Source: a virus
Lineage: Duplodnaviria > Caudoviricetes
Strand: one strand, 5' to 3'
Length of the DNA: 36,404 nt
IMG/VR virus record: IMGVR_UViG_3300016667_000112
Location: 1 to 36,404 of that record
This document shows, piece by piece, positions 18,548-26,209 of the stretch (positions are counted from its first letter, which is position 1; every line of letters starts with the position of its first letter). The notes under the pieces were generated by a model. The model ran no database searches, was not told the origin of the DNA, and saw nothing but the letters and a program-made list of their open reading frames with translations. Both the position numbers and the translations under genes were made by a program.

Positions 18548-18715
18548 TCATTTCATCTTTTCCTTTTTGCTTTTACCAAGCGGGATCTCAATTTCAATTT
18601 TCATCTTATTGTTAACTCCGTTTTCCTTTTTCTTTTCTTCCTCATCAAGATACTCTTTAAGCAACTCTTTATCAGTCATGCTCATATTCTTGACTTTGTT
18701 CATAATATCTTTCAT
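18548..18715 (-). CDS. Small highly charged protein, 55 aa
   Basis: Not in the track; MKDIMNKVKNMSMTDKELLKEYLDEEEKKK...; ATGA overlap with the upstream gene. Confidence 0.6.
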   Translation of the reverse strand: MKDIMNKVKNMSMTDKELLKEYLDEEEKKKENGVNNKMKIEIEIPLGKSKKEKMK

Positions 18716-18876
18716 TTCTTTTTACCTTTCTTAGACATACCTGCTTGCGACAATGCAATAGCTACTGCTTGCTTTTGAGATTTAACAACAGGGCCACCTT
18801 TACCACTATGAAGCTGGCCTTTGCCAAATTCTGTCATAACCTTGCTAATCTTCTTCTCAGCTTTAGTTTTTTTCAT
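18712..18876 (-). CDS. DUF6496-like small basic protein, 54 aa
   Basis: Not in the track; MKKTKAEKKISKVMTEFGKGQLHSGKGGPVVKSQKQAVAIALSQAGMSKKGKKK; ATGA overlaps at both ends. Confidence 0.75.
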   Translation of the reverse strand: MKKTKAEKKISKVMTEFGKGQLHSGKGGPVVKSQKQAVAIALSQAGMSKKGKKK

Positions 18877-19172
18877 TTAACAACCTCCAAATATCCACGT
18901 TCAAATAGTTCGCCAATGGTCTTACGATGTGCTTCTTCCCATATCTCAATGCGCTCGGCTTTGCTCCAGTTCTTGCCTTGATCTAGCTCAGAATGACACA
19001 TAAAACAAAGGCCAGCGATTCGATAATCACTAGCCTTTATACCGCGTCCTTTCCCATCTCGCAACTGGTTAGAGTGTGCGGCGACAACTGTTCCATCTTC
19101 CCTTCCACAATGCTGGCAAGGAATATTCCTTACAACTTCAAGTAACTTTTTATTCCGATAAATCATTAGCAA
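18873..19172 (-). CDS. Zn-binding HNH-like nuclease (DUF1364/YbcO-like)
   Basis: PCQHCG...VVAAHSN...GKGRGIKASD...LCFMCH. Confidence 0.7.
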   Translation of the reverse strand: MLMIYRNKKLLEVVRNIPCQHCGREDGTVVAAHSNQLRDGKGRGIKASDYRIAGLCFMCHSELDQGKNWSKAERIEIWEEAHRKTIGELFERGYLEVVK

Positions 19173-19353
19173 TTTCGTTAATTACTTCTGGATACATTTC
19201 AGTCAAATCATCTAGCTCAAAGTCTCTTAATTCTGTTCCATCCTCAAGAATTGCAGAAAAGAAATAAGCATCAGAAAAATCAGGCTTATCTTCAGTATCA
19301 AAAGCAACAAGCACTTCAGCAACTCTTTTCCCTTTATACGTCATTATATTCAT
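19150..19353 (-). CDS. Small acidic hypothetical protein
   Basis: PDFSDAYFFSA..DG.EL...ELDDL pattern; overlaps both neighbours. Confidence 0.6.
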   Translation of the reverse strand: MNIMTYKGKRVAEVLVAFDTEDKPDFSDAYFFSAILEDGTELRDFELDDLTEMYPEVINEIANDLSE

Positions 19354-19682
19354 TGTGTATTCCTATCTAATCCACGATTAGATGCTTCTTGAGAGCGCCA
19401 AACATCAATACGAGCCTGTGCAGCTACTAGCATCCAGCGAAGCCTCTCAGCTTCTTCTACAGCGTCCTTTAGGCCATCCAAAACTTGCATGTACTCTGGA
19501 TGACGATAAGCAAAGTTCTCTTTATCGGCTACCGTAGATCCTGGAGCCTCAGCAAACAACATGGCTTTCTTGCTTTTCCGAAACTGCTCAAGATATGTGA
19601 CGTTAGCCTTAGCCTGTGCATATGATTCAGCGTTTTTAATCATGAAGTTTATAGCTTCGTGAGGATCTAATTGTCTAGTCAT
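19350..19682 (-). CDS. Conserved helical phage protein (possibly UvsY-like), 110 aa
   Basis: Likely start ATG 19682 (MTRQLDPHEAI); AYRHPEY...LRWMLVAAQARIDVWRSQEAS. Confidence 0.7.
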   Translation of the reverse strand: MTRQLDPHEAINFMIKNAESYAQAKANVTYLEQFRKSKKAMLFAEAPGSTVADKENFAYRHPEYMQVLDGLKDAVEEAERLRWMLVAAQARIDVWRSQEASNRGLDRNTQ

Positions 19683-19698
19683 TTTTTTAGGCAATAGT

Positions 19699-20055
19699 AC
19701 GGGACGAGAGGTTGATATCACCTCTTTAACAATCTCAAGGTTTAACCTCAAAATTGTCTCACTCTCGTGACCACATTCTTCTTCCAAGCCGACCGTATCG
19801 TGGCCCAACCGTCAATCAACCATTTTGGCTTGTTTCTGCAATACCTGTGGCAAGCTTGCTGCGCCGTCCCGTTTAGCGCATCCGGTTTTCTTGTTGGCAG
19901 TCCCGGACATGGACTCACTTCTAACGCGAACAGTACGGTCTATGCAGCAACAAACAAAAAAGCCGTCTAGTTTTGGCTCTCAGCGTGGCAGCGCTCCCTT
20001 TCGGGTAAAGAACCAAAGCTAAACGGCTTTGAATCCATGCTGCCACATAGACAAC
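19699..20055 (-). ncRNA. Candidate large structured ncRNA with c4-like 5' domain
   Basis: At least 9 complementary helices plus an 8-bp long-range pairing, read directly from the sequence; G-U pairs favour the minus strand; TATACT -10 box just upstream. Confidence 0.7.
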
Positions 20056-20058
20056 CAA

Positions 20059-20089
20059 AGTATAGCGCAAGTTTTCAACATTGTGTAAA
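20059..20089 (-). promoter_or_regulatory. Putative promoter for the structured RNA
   Basis: -10 TATACT at 20064-20059; weak -35 (TTTACA/TTACAC, 18-19 nt spacer). Confidence 0.45.
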
Positions 20090-20113
20090 TAACCCGGCTT
20101 TCGCTTGGATTAG

Positions 20114-20362
20114 TTAGAGAGATTCGACAATCACTGTTTCTTTTCTTGCTCTTTTTGCCATGCTTTTTGCTGCTTCGCGTGAAATTTTGTAAGTTTTACC
20201 CATGTAACGCTGACGCAAAGCCATTGCAGCACAATCGACACCAAAGTAAACAACTTCCCCAGAATCCATGCTTTCAAGGGCAATAGAACTGCGAAGATTT
20301 TTTTTGCCGCAGCAATCGCACTCTGTTTTGTCGCTGATTCCAAGCATTTTAAATTTCGTCAT
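20114..20362 (-). CDS. Small Zn-finger protein
   Basis: CDCCGKKNL...YFGVDCA; has its own upstream promoter-like region. Confidence 0.7.
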   Translation of the reverse strand: MTKFKMLGISDKTECDCCGKKNLRSSIALESMDSGEVVYFGVDCAAMALRQRYMGKTYKISREAAKSMAKRARKETVIVESL

Positions 20363-20413
20363 TTTTAACTCTCAAGGTTTCCTAGTAAATTAATATTGTG
20401 CTGCCGTGAAAGA

Positions 20414-20460
20414 ATCATCTCATTTACGTTTTTTGGGCGCAACACAATTTTTTCTATCGT
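20414..20460 (-). promoter_or_regulatory. Putative sigma70 promoter with A-tract UP element
   Basis: CGATAGAAAAAATTGTG-TTGCGC-17 nt-GATGAT. Confidence 0.5.
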
Positions 20461-20466
20461 TCAGTT

Positions 20467-20910
20467 CTAATTCATAGCTGCATTCTTATAGACATATTTA
20501 ATAGCTTTTGCTAATTGCTTTCGCGTCATTGATAGCTGTAGGTTATCAGTCTGCACTAGCGCATCGCCAATATCGCGGTAATCCTCGCCTGAAATACCCC
20601 ATTTCTGCGTTTTGTTATACCTATCCTGAATACGCAGCATAGCGTCCAGCCCTTTGCGTATCCCGCTGTAATCGTCGCCTACCTCATTAGCTGCAATCAC
20701 GCCAATGTTTAGACGACAAACGATCGTGTGCCAGCTTTTCTCGTCTGCGTAACCTTCGCGGAATTTCATTAGCTCCATGTGTGGCGTTAACTGCAACTCG
20801 CGCTCGGCTTCTTCGTTATGCCGGATAGTCAGCGGCATAGCAGCTAGACGCGGCTTATGTGTTTTTCTCGGTCTTTTGTTGTTCGGCAATTTCTTTCTCC
20901 ACGATAACAA
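20467..20910 (-). CDS. Hypothetical protein
   Basis: 147-aa ORF in operon; true start may be TTG near 20889. Confidence 0.65.
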   Translation of the reverse strand: MLSWRKKLPNNKRPRKTHKPRLAAMPLTIRHNEEAERELQLTPHMELMKFREGYADEKSWHTIVCRLNIGVIAANEVGDDYSGIRKGLDAMLRIQDRYNKTQKWGISGEDYRDIGDALVQTDNLQLSMTRKQLAKAIKYVYKNAAMN

Positions 20911-21235
20911 CTTCTACTTTCCCGCCTTTAATTACCTCTCGGCGTACCAAATGCAGCTCATCTATTTGGCTATCGTCCAACCATATACCAGCATGTGTTA
21001 AAGAATCTTGGAGCGCCTTTAGCCGGTTATCCAAATCCTGGCGTATGCGATTGCTAGGCCAGATAGCTACGAACACGGACAACCTACCATCCAAAGTCTT
21101 GCATCCTAAGTCAGACACTATATCCGCGACTTCTTTGCGGTATTGAATGCCAGCAGGACGGATAAACCTGCGTTTCCCATGAGTCCCGTAGTAGTGATTG
21201 ATTGTCGGCGGTAAAGGTAGAGTTAGCTTAATCAC
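20855..21235 (-). CDS. rusA: RusA-family Holliday junction resolvase
   Basis: LPLPPTINHYY, RQDLDNRLKALQDSLTHAGIWLDDSQID. Confidence 0.9.
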   Translation of the reverse strand: MIKLTLPLPPTINHYYGTHGKRRFIRPAGIQYRKEVADIVSDLGCKTLDGRLSVFVAIWPSNRIRQDLDNRLKALQDSLTHAGIWLDDSQIDELHLVRREVIKGGKVEVVIVEKEIAEQQKTEKNT

Positions 21236-21236
21236 T

Positions 21237-21644
21237 TTATTTAGTTACATTCCATTGATTACTTGCTTTGTTTTTATCATTTTTAATTGCATTGGCAAGA
21301 ATCTTTGTTTTGCGTCTAGCATTATTAGAGTCTCTTTTTAACTTTTGCCGCTCTGTATCCCATTTTCTATTTGTATTTTCACAATTTAAATTTTTCATCC
21401 AATCAAGAGTTTTTATGTCATCAATTGGAGTAGTATCCCAAAGCCTATCAGCAAGAGGCTTTAAGTGACGACCTACCATTTCTTGTACTCTACCAAGCCA
21501 AAAAACGTATTTTGGTACACGATTCAATGTGCCATCATCAATTTTTATACAATAAGGCTTTAACCATTTCTCAAGGTCAGCCATGCGAATATCCTTACGG
21601 AATGCTTTAATAAGCATCGCATCGTATATACGTTGTTTATCCAC
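21237..21644 (-). CDS. Basic hypothetical protein
   Basis: 135-aa AT-rich ORF coupled in operon. Confidence 0.6.
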   Translation of the reverse strand: MDKQRIYDAMLIKAFRKDIRMADLEKWLKPYCIKIDDGTLNRVPKYVFWLGRVQEMVGRHLKPLADRLWDTTPIDDIKTLDWMKNLNCENTNRKWDTERQKLKRDSNNARRKTKILANAIKNDKNKASNQWNVTK

Positions 21645-21837
21645 GCCAATCTCCCTTTTCTCCGCGATTCCCGCGTTCCCATTGTTCCTTGCAATCGTTT
21701 ACCAGCCTATCAGCAGCAGCATCACCACGGCGCTTTCTTACGTCTGATAGATATTTGATAGCTTGGCTACGGTCAAATGCACGCCATTGAAGAATGTAGC
21801 GGACTTCGCACTGATGACGATATTCTTCATCGTTCAT
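21637..21837 (-). CDS. Conserved small phage protein
   Basis: EEYRHQCEVR...KRRGDAAA.RL...QWERGNRG.GDW. Confidence 0.7.
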   Translation of the reverse strand: MNDEEYRHQCEVRYILQWRAFDRSQAIKYLSDVRKRRGDAAADRLVNDCKEQWERGNRGEKGDWRG

Positions 21838-22432
21838 AATTAAACAATTCTTTTTGAATTGACCATTGACTCGCCATTGCCTCTGCTATTCCTTTAAACG
21901 TTTGGCTGCGAATTTTCCAACGATCCTCAGATGGCGGCAAATAATGAATGCGCTCACGTTCATTTTTTGGTAGTTCCATCATTTGTTTGTAAACGTCATT
22001 AGTAGGTTTTAAATTAGGCAAACCTTTAAGCCAAAGACATGTGGCTTTTTGTTCTGGATGCCCGAACATCCAAGGCTGAATAATCTGATCTGGTTTTCTC
22101 CATAAGCTTGACATAACGCATACTGGGTTTTCAATTGCAATACATGGTATGTCGGCTTTTGCCAACATCATAAAAAAACTTGCCGCCGCTTGTTGCCTAC
22201 CGTCAAAACGTTTTTCTTCAAACCATGCAGCACCAGACACAGCCAAATCAGTACATGGTGGATGTGCAATCATTAAATCCCACGGGTAATTTAAAACATC
22301 GCGCACATCGCCTTGATAATGGGGCCCAGGCACATCTGTTGGCAAAAGATCGCATGAAATTGCCTCATGGCCGGCTTCTATAAAGGCATCGCGCACTGTC
22401 CCGCTATATTCACAAGCAATCAGTACTTTCAC
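21827..22432 (-). CDS. Compact divergent C5-cytosine DNA methyltransferase-like protein
   Basis: VLIACEYSG (atypical motif I), ISCDL, catalytic HPPC, IENP, KATCLW, RSQTFKGIAEAMASQW. Confidence 0.75.
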   Translation of the reverse strand: MKVLIACEYSGTVRDAFIEAGHEAISCDLLPTDVPGPHYQGDVRDVLNYPWDLMIAHPPCTDLAVSGAAWFEEKRFDGRQQAAASFFMMLAKADIPCIAIENPVCVMSSLWRKPDQIIQPWMFGHPEQKATCLWLKGLPNLKPTNDVYKQMMELPKNERERIHYLPPSEDRWKIRSQTFKGIAEAMASQWSIQKELFNYER

Positions 22433-23427
22433 AGCTTACCTTTATTATCAAAGTCCATCGGCCCTAGACCTAAATCCTCTACAAACTGTTGCGATGCAGC
22501 GTTAAACCACAACGCATACATTTCCTCAGCTTCACCATTACGCTGCTTTTCACACATTAGATAAGCATCTGGCATTCCTGGATCTACACGCTCACCAGCT
22601 CGCAGCATGTTTGACTTCTTCTTGTTGCGCCACATGATAAGAACGTTATCAACTTGGTCAGCGATAGAGCCGCTTCCCTTTAGGTCGTTCTTGTTCGGAG
22701 CTACTTCCTCAGACTGAAGCTTACGAACGTGGTGAATCAGGTGGATGTGTACGTTATGATCTCTGGCCAATGCTGTTAGTTCATCCACAAAATATTTCTG
22801 CTGGTTGTAGTCATCTTCAGCATTAACACACTTCATTAACGAGTCAATAAAAATATGTTGTATGCCTAGTTCTATAGCGCAATATCTCGCCATTGCAATG
22901 ACAATCTTAGGATTCGTTGAGCCTTGCTGGTCATACAACCAAAGGTTTTCACCGATAAACGCATCAAATCGATATGTAAGGCTTTCAATGTACTTGGCCT
23001 TGTCTCGCGTCATCGGATCGTCTATAAACTCACCTGAGAACTGTCTAAGCATCCTGTGCAATGTACGCTCAGGCTTCATTTCAAACGAAGCTATACATAC
23101 TTTTGCGCCTTGCTTAACAAGATACAGCGCAATCTGACCAGTGATTAGACTTTTACCATGACCATTAGCACCAGCGTAAACAGTAACCTCACCAGGCCTA
23201 AAACTAAACTCTCCATGTGTTTTAGTCCAAGGCATTTGGCATTTAATAGACTCTGGTGGCGTAACATAATCACGCTTAATCTTATCTAACCACTCTGAAG
23301 CGTTTTTTACTTGTAAAGATATATCAGATGCAGCAAGATATTTATCTACGTCAATTTCGTTTGATCTTAGTATCCTTGCTTTTCTGATTTCATCAAGCTC
23401 AATCGCTTTCTGTTCCAGTGTTGACAT
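22429..23427 (-). CDS. DnaB/T7 gp4-like SF4 replicative helicase
   Basis: Walker A GANGHGKS, ASFEM, IFIDSL, HLIHH, DLKGSGSIADQVDNV, EKQRNG. Confidence 0.9.
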   Translation of the reverse strand: MSTLEQKAIELDEIRKARILRSNEIDVDKYLAASDISLQVKNASEWLDKIKRDYVTPPESIKCQMPWTKTHGEFSFRPGEVTVYAGANGHGKSLITGQIALYLVKQGAKVCIASFEMKPERTLHRMLRQFSGEFIDDPMTRDKAKYIESLTYRFDAFIGENLWLYDQQGSTNPKIVIAMARYCAIELGIQHIFIDSLMKCVNAEDDYNQQKYFVDELTALARDHNVHIHLIHHVRKLQSEEVAPNKNDLKGSGSIADQVDNVLIMWRNKKKSNMLRAGERVDPGMPDAYLMCEKQRNGEAEEMYALWFNAASQQFVEDLGLGPMDFDNKGKL

Positions 23428-23632
23428 TTTTTATCCTAATTTTTTCTTTTAATGACTTTGGAATTTTAGGCTTCGGACACCACGCCAAACAGTCGTAGCT
23501 CCATGTACCTACGATGAGTACACCACCAGGATTAAGCAGCAGCATGTTTACGTTCTTCGGCGGCGGCTCTACGGCAGGGTCACGGAAATAAAGCTGGTCA
23601 GTCGTTAGTTGCTTAGGATCTGGCATCTTCAT
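23399..23632 (-). CDS. Hypothetical protein
   Basis: Start MKMPDP after GGAG RBS; PPPK..LLLNPGGVLIVGTW..AWCPKP. Confidence 0.6.
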   Translation of the reverse strand: MKMPDPKQLTTDQLYFRDPAVEPPPKNVNMLLLNPGGVLIVGTWSYDCLAWCPKPKIPKSLKEKIRIKNVNTGTESD

Positions 23633-23762
23633 TCTCCTGCTCAATTTCTGCGATACGTTCGCGCAGCGCATCAATCACACGTTGTTCAGATTTATACCTC
23701 TGGTTCGGCAGCAGCTGGCACAACAAGGCCAGCGCATCGATGAGTAACTGCCTGTCGTTCAT
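23613..23762 (-). CDS. Small hypothetical protein, 49 aa
   Basis: Not in the track; MNDRQLLIDALALL...IDALRERIAE; ATGA overlap with the upstream gene. Confidence 0.55.
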   Translation of the reverse strand: MNDRQLLIDALALLCQLLPNQRYKSEQRVIDALRERIAEIEQENEDARS

Positions 23763-24037
23763 TGGTTGTTCTTCTCCTTCAGTTTAGCTTCGATGGCGCT
23801 GGCAATCCGAAAACCAACATCGGTTATATAGGTTTCGTTTTTGTGGTTCACCCATGTCATCGCAATCCGACCTTGAAATTCATTCGCGCTTTGCATGACA
23901 GACAGCAATTCCTCATCCGTCAGTCCTTGCCATTCTCGGGTTGGTTCAAATCTTCGACGGCATTCAGCACACCCCCACATTGCTACGCTGCCGTCATCAA
24001 ACCGAAAAGTTGTGATGTGTTCGTGCTGGCAGTTCAC
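23759..24037 (-). CDS. Accessory protein (REWQGLTDEE...AIEAKLKEKN module)
   Basis: CxH...CxxC N-terminus plus shared module. Confidence 0.65.
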   Translation of the reverse strand: MNCQHEHITTFRFDDGSVAMWGCAECRRRFEPTREWQGLTDEELLSVMQSANEFQGRIAMTWVNHKNETYITDVGFRIASAIEAKLKEKNNQ

Positions 24038-24162
24038 GAATTCTTCTCCTTCAGCTTGGCTTCGATGGCGCGGGCAAATGAGTGTACATATGAGCCGGGG
24101 ATTGCCGCTGGTGTCGCTGCAATCGTATTAATTTCCTCATCCGTCAGCCCCTGCCATTCGCG
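23769..24162. repeat. Two pairs of direct repeats shared by adjacent genes
   Basis: 23769-23799 vs 24041-24071 (29/31 identical); 23909-23938 vs 24133-24162 (27/30 identical). Confidence 0.9.
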
Positions 24163-24465
24163 CTGTGGTGGGGCGGTGTAGCCGGACTTAGGGTGAAGAA
24201 TTGCAGCCAGTAACCGCTGCGCAAATGCTTTCTCGTCTGCACTCTCCGGATACACATGGCACTCATCAATAATCCACGCGATAAGTTTATGTACTGCCAC
24301 CGGCTCCTGCTCACCCTGCGCCAGCGCGGTGCGGAGTGTTTCTTCCGCTTTAAATGCTCGCGCAAGGACCGTTTCGCGATTGCTGTTGTAGTCCTGCCCC
24401 ATTTCCCACTCTCTGAAAATCGTCAGAGCATCCAGCGCCATCTGCATTACTTCTTTGTCGGTCAT
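24034..24465 (-). CDS. Accessory protein (MTDKEVMQMALDAL...QEPVA...REWQGLTDEE module)
   Basis: Likely start ATG 24465, overlapping the upstream stop. Confidence 0.65.
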   Translation of the reverse strand: MTDKEVMQMALDALTIFREWEMGQDYNSNRETVLARAFKAEETLRTALAQGEQEPVAVHKLIAWIIDECHVYPESADEKAFAQRLLAAILHPKSGYTAPPQREWQGLTDEEINTIAATPAAIPGSYVHSFARAIEAKLKEKNS

Positions 24466-24758
24466 TTCATACCCTTCCCGATCTCCGCTGCTGCACGAAC
24501 GATTGCCCTGCGTGTTGCTGCGTAGGGATCTTGTCCTTCCCAAACATTGACGGGGGCGTATTGAACATCATCAACACACAACAAAGACAACTTCACCGCC
24601 AGCCGCAGCGCATCGCCGTCATCGGTGAGGGGGTTCCAAAACTGGGTTGTTGTTAGGTGTTTGCCGTAGCTAATATTTTGAGCGGGACGGTTGTGCCAAA
24701 CAGTAAAATCAATCCCCGCCGCTTTCGCAGCGAGTTCAAGTAGTTCGCGGTCAGTCAT
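24462..24758 (-). CDS. Accessory protein (MTDRELLELAAKAAG...WNPLTDDGDALRLAV)
   Basis: Start ATG 24758 after GGAG; ends ATRRAIVRAAAEIG. Confidence 0.7.
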   Translation of the reverse strand: MTDRELLELAAKAAGIDFTVWHNRPAQNISYGKHLTTTQFWNPLTDDGDALRLAVKLSLLCVDDVQYAPVNVWEGQDPYAATRRAIVRAAAEIGKGMK

Positions 24759-24769
24759 GTTTTCTCCAA

Positions 24770-24970
24770 TCACAAGTCTTGGTCAATCCAAAAACCAGAG
24801 CCAAATATCAGCGGGATTGGATCGTAGTCCGGGCCTTCTGCTTCACTAATTTGTTGCTGAAGTTCGAGGCATTGTGCATGCAACTTCATCACTTCCTCGT
24901 AAACTTTTTGTCCTTCTTCCAGAATTGCGTTGTGTTTTTTCTTTAGATCGTTAATTTCTTTCGGTGTCAT
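24770..24970 (-). CDS. Small coiled-coil hypothetical protein
   Basis: Coupled ORF in array. Confidence 0.6.
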   Translation of the reverse strand: MTPKEINDLKKKHNAILEEGQKVYEEVMKLHAQCLELQQQISEAEGPDYDPIPLIFGSGFWIDQDL

Positions 24971-25248
24971 GTCTGCTCCTTTGCTTTGGCAATAACTTCA
25001 CGCGCTTTTTGCACGCCCTCCCATGTATCAGGCACACCACGCACAACAAACTGCAACGCCTCCACCAGTTCAGCATTCAGCGCGGCAAGACGCTTGCGCT
25101 CCTGTTCCAATTCGTCGGCGTACCGCCAGCCCTCGCGTTCAGATTGTTCAAGGCGGCGAAGCTCGGCGGCGGCATCGTTGGCAGTATTTCCACCAAGGTG
25201 TTTAATCAAGTTATCAGCCAGCCGCTGCGCTTTGGTTTGTTCAGTCAT
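24967..25248 (-). CDS. Accessory protein (AAAELRRL...NAELVEAL)
   Basis: Coupled ORF in array. Confidence 0.65.
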   Translation of the reverse strand: MTEQTKAQRLADNLIKHLGGNTANDAAAELRRLEQSEREGWRYADELEQERKRLAALNAELVEALQFVVRGVPDTWEGVQKAREVIAKAKEQT

Positions 25249-25504
25249 ATTGGTTCTCGCATTCGCAAATGATGCACTCGCATGTCGGGCAATATCCCCA
25301 AGCCATAACGGCGCGTTTCAATTCAAAATGACACTCGGGCGAATCGGGATAGGAAAGCACGCTGAAGGCAGCCATTGCAACGCGGTCGCGCTTCTTAATC
25401 TCCCTTTCCCATCCTTCAATATTTTTTAATTCCAGTCCGCGCAATCTGTCGATTTCTTTCTGCTGTTCGGCAATTACTCGTTCAAGCGCTTCACTCATCG
25501 TCAT
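25241..25504 (-). CDS. Hypothetical protein with C-terminal Cys cluster
   Basis: YCPTCECIICEC. Confidence 0.55.
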   Translation of the reverse strand: MTMSEALERVIAEQQKEIDRLRGLELKNIEGWEREIKKRDRVAMAAFSVLSYPDSPECHFELKRAVMAWGYCPTCECIICECENQYD

Positions 25505-25766
25505 CCCCTAGTGCGCGGATAGCTGCGGCGCATACTGTTGCACCCATTTCTCTGCCCGCTTGATAGTCTTCGGGAGCGTTTACGACAGCGACAGCCGCTT
25601 CTGTTTCACATTCCTTCGCAGCACGTTCTTTCATTGCTGCGGCTCCGGCTGCGTAGGCGAGGGCGGCGAAGCGTTCAAGTTCTTTGGGATAATTCAACAT
25701 GTAATCATGTCGCTCAAACCCCGCTTCCCGCGCCCACTCCAGCACTTCATCTGTTGTTGGTTTCAT
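25491..25766 (-). CDS. Accessory protein (AREAG...LERFAAL...CAAAIRALG)
   Basis: Paralogous to 25767..26009. Confidence 0.65.
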   Translation of the reverse strand: MKPTTDEVLEWAREAGFERHDYMLNYPKELERFAALAYAAGAAAMKERAAKECETEAAVAVVNAPEDYQAGREMGATVCAAAIRALGDDDE

Positions 25767-26009
25767 TTACTCTCCCAATGCTCTGATCTTGTCTGCACAG
25801 TTACCAGCTCCCACAGACATTCCATTGCCGTAAACAATATTTGAACAAACCTTTGCGCTATCCATTTCATGGTCGCAAATGTCTGCACACTTTTTTCTTT
25901 CAGCAGCAGCAACTAATGCAGCAAACCTGACTAATGCTTTTGGGTGTGTTGTATGGCAACTAGGTAAGTTTGCTTCTTTTGCAAGTATCAAAATTTGTTC
26001 ATTTGTCAT
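25767..26009 (-). CDS. Accessory protein (AKEA...LVRFAAL...CADKIRALG)
   Basis: Paralogous to 25491..25766. Confidence 0.65.
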   Translation of the reverse strand: MTNEQILILAKEANLPSCHTTHPKALVRFAALVAAAERKKCADICDHEMDSAKVCSNIVYGNGMSVGAGNCADKIRALGE

Positions 26010-26209
26010 TTGCCGCTCCCATATAAGATTGCCTTAACTTTGTCCAAAGTTGCTTTTGACGTAGGTTTTGACGATTTATAGATGCTTTCTGTCTTTTTCT
26101 CGGTGCACATTTTGCATACCCATCGCGCAGTTTTCCGGCATTGCCTCATAGCGCCACCATCAATCGCACGATAAGCCTGGCAACCAGTGCAAAATTTTGT
26201 TTCTGTCAT
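26006..26209 (-). CDS. Small Zn-ribbon protein
   Basis: KFCTGCQ...RWVCKMC. Confidence 0.65.
   Translation of the reverse strand: MTETKFCTGCQAYRAIDGGAMRQCRKTARWVCKMCTEKKTESIYKSSKPTSKATLDKVKAILYGSGK

Noticed and set aside
19683-19808. Track's N-terminal extension of 19350..19808 and plus ORFs 19767..19970 / 19825..20022
   Set aside because: Non-ATG starts with no RBS, lying across the structured RNA; ATG 19682 fits better
19960-20029. Cloverleaf as a tRNA gene
   Set aside because: No TTCRA T-loop, D-loop or anticodon arm geometry
23769-24162. Direct repeats as CRISPR, att sites or DGR template/variable repeats
   Set aside because: Only two copies each, in frame within coding sequence, mismatches at synonymous-type positions; no cas, integrase or reverse transcriptase
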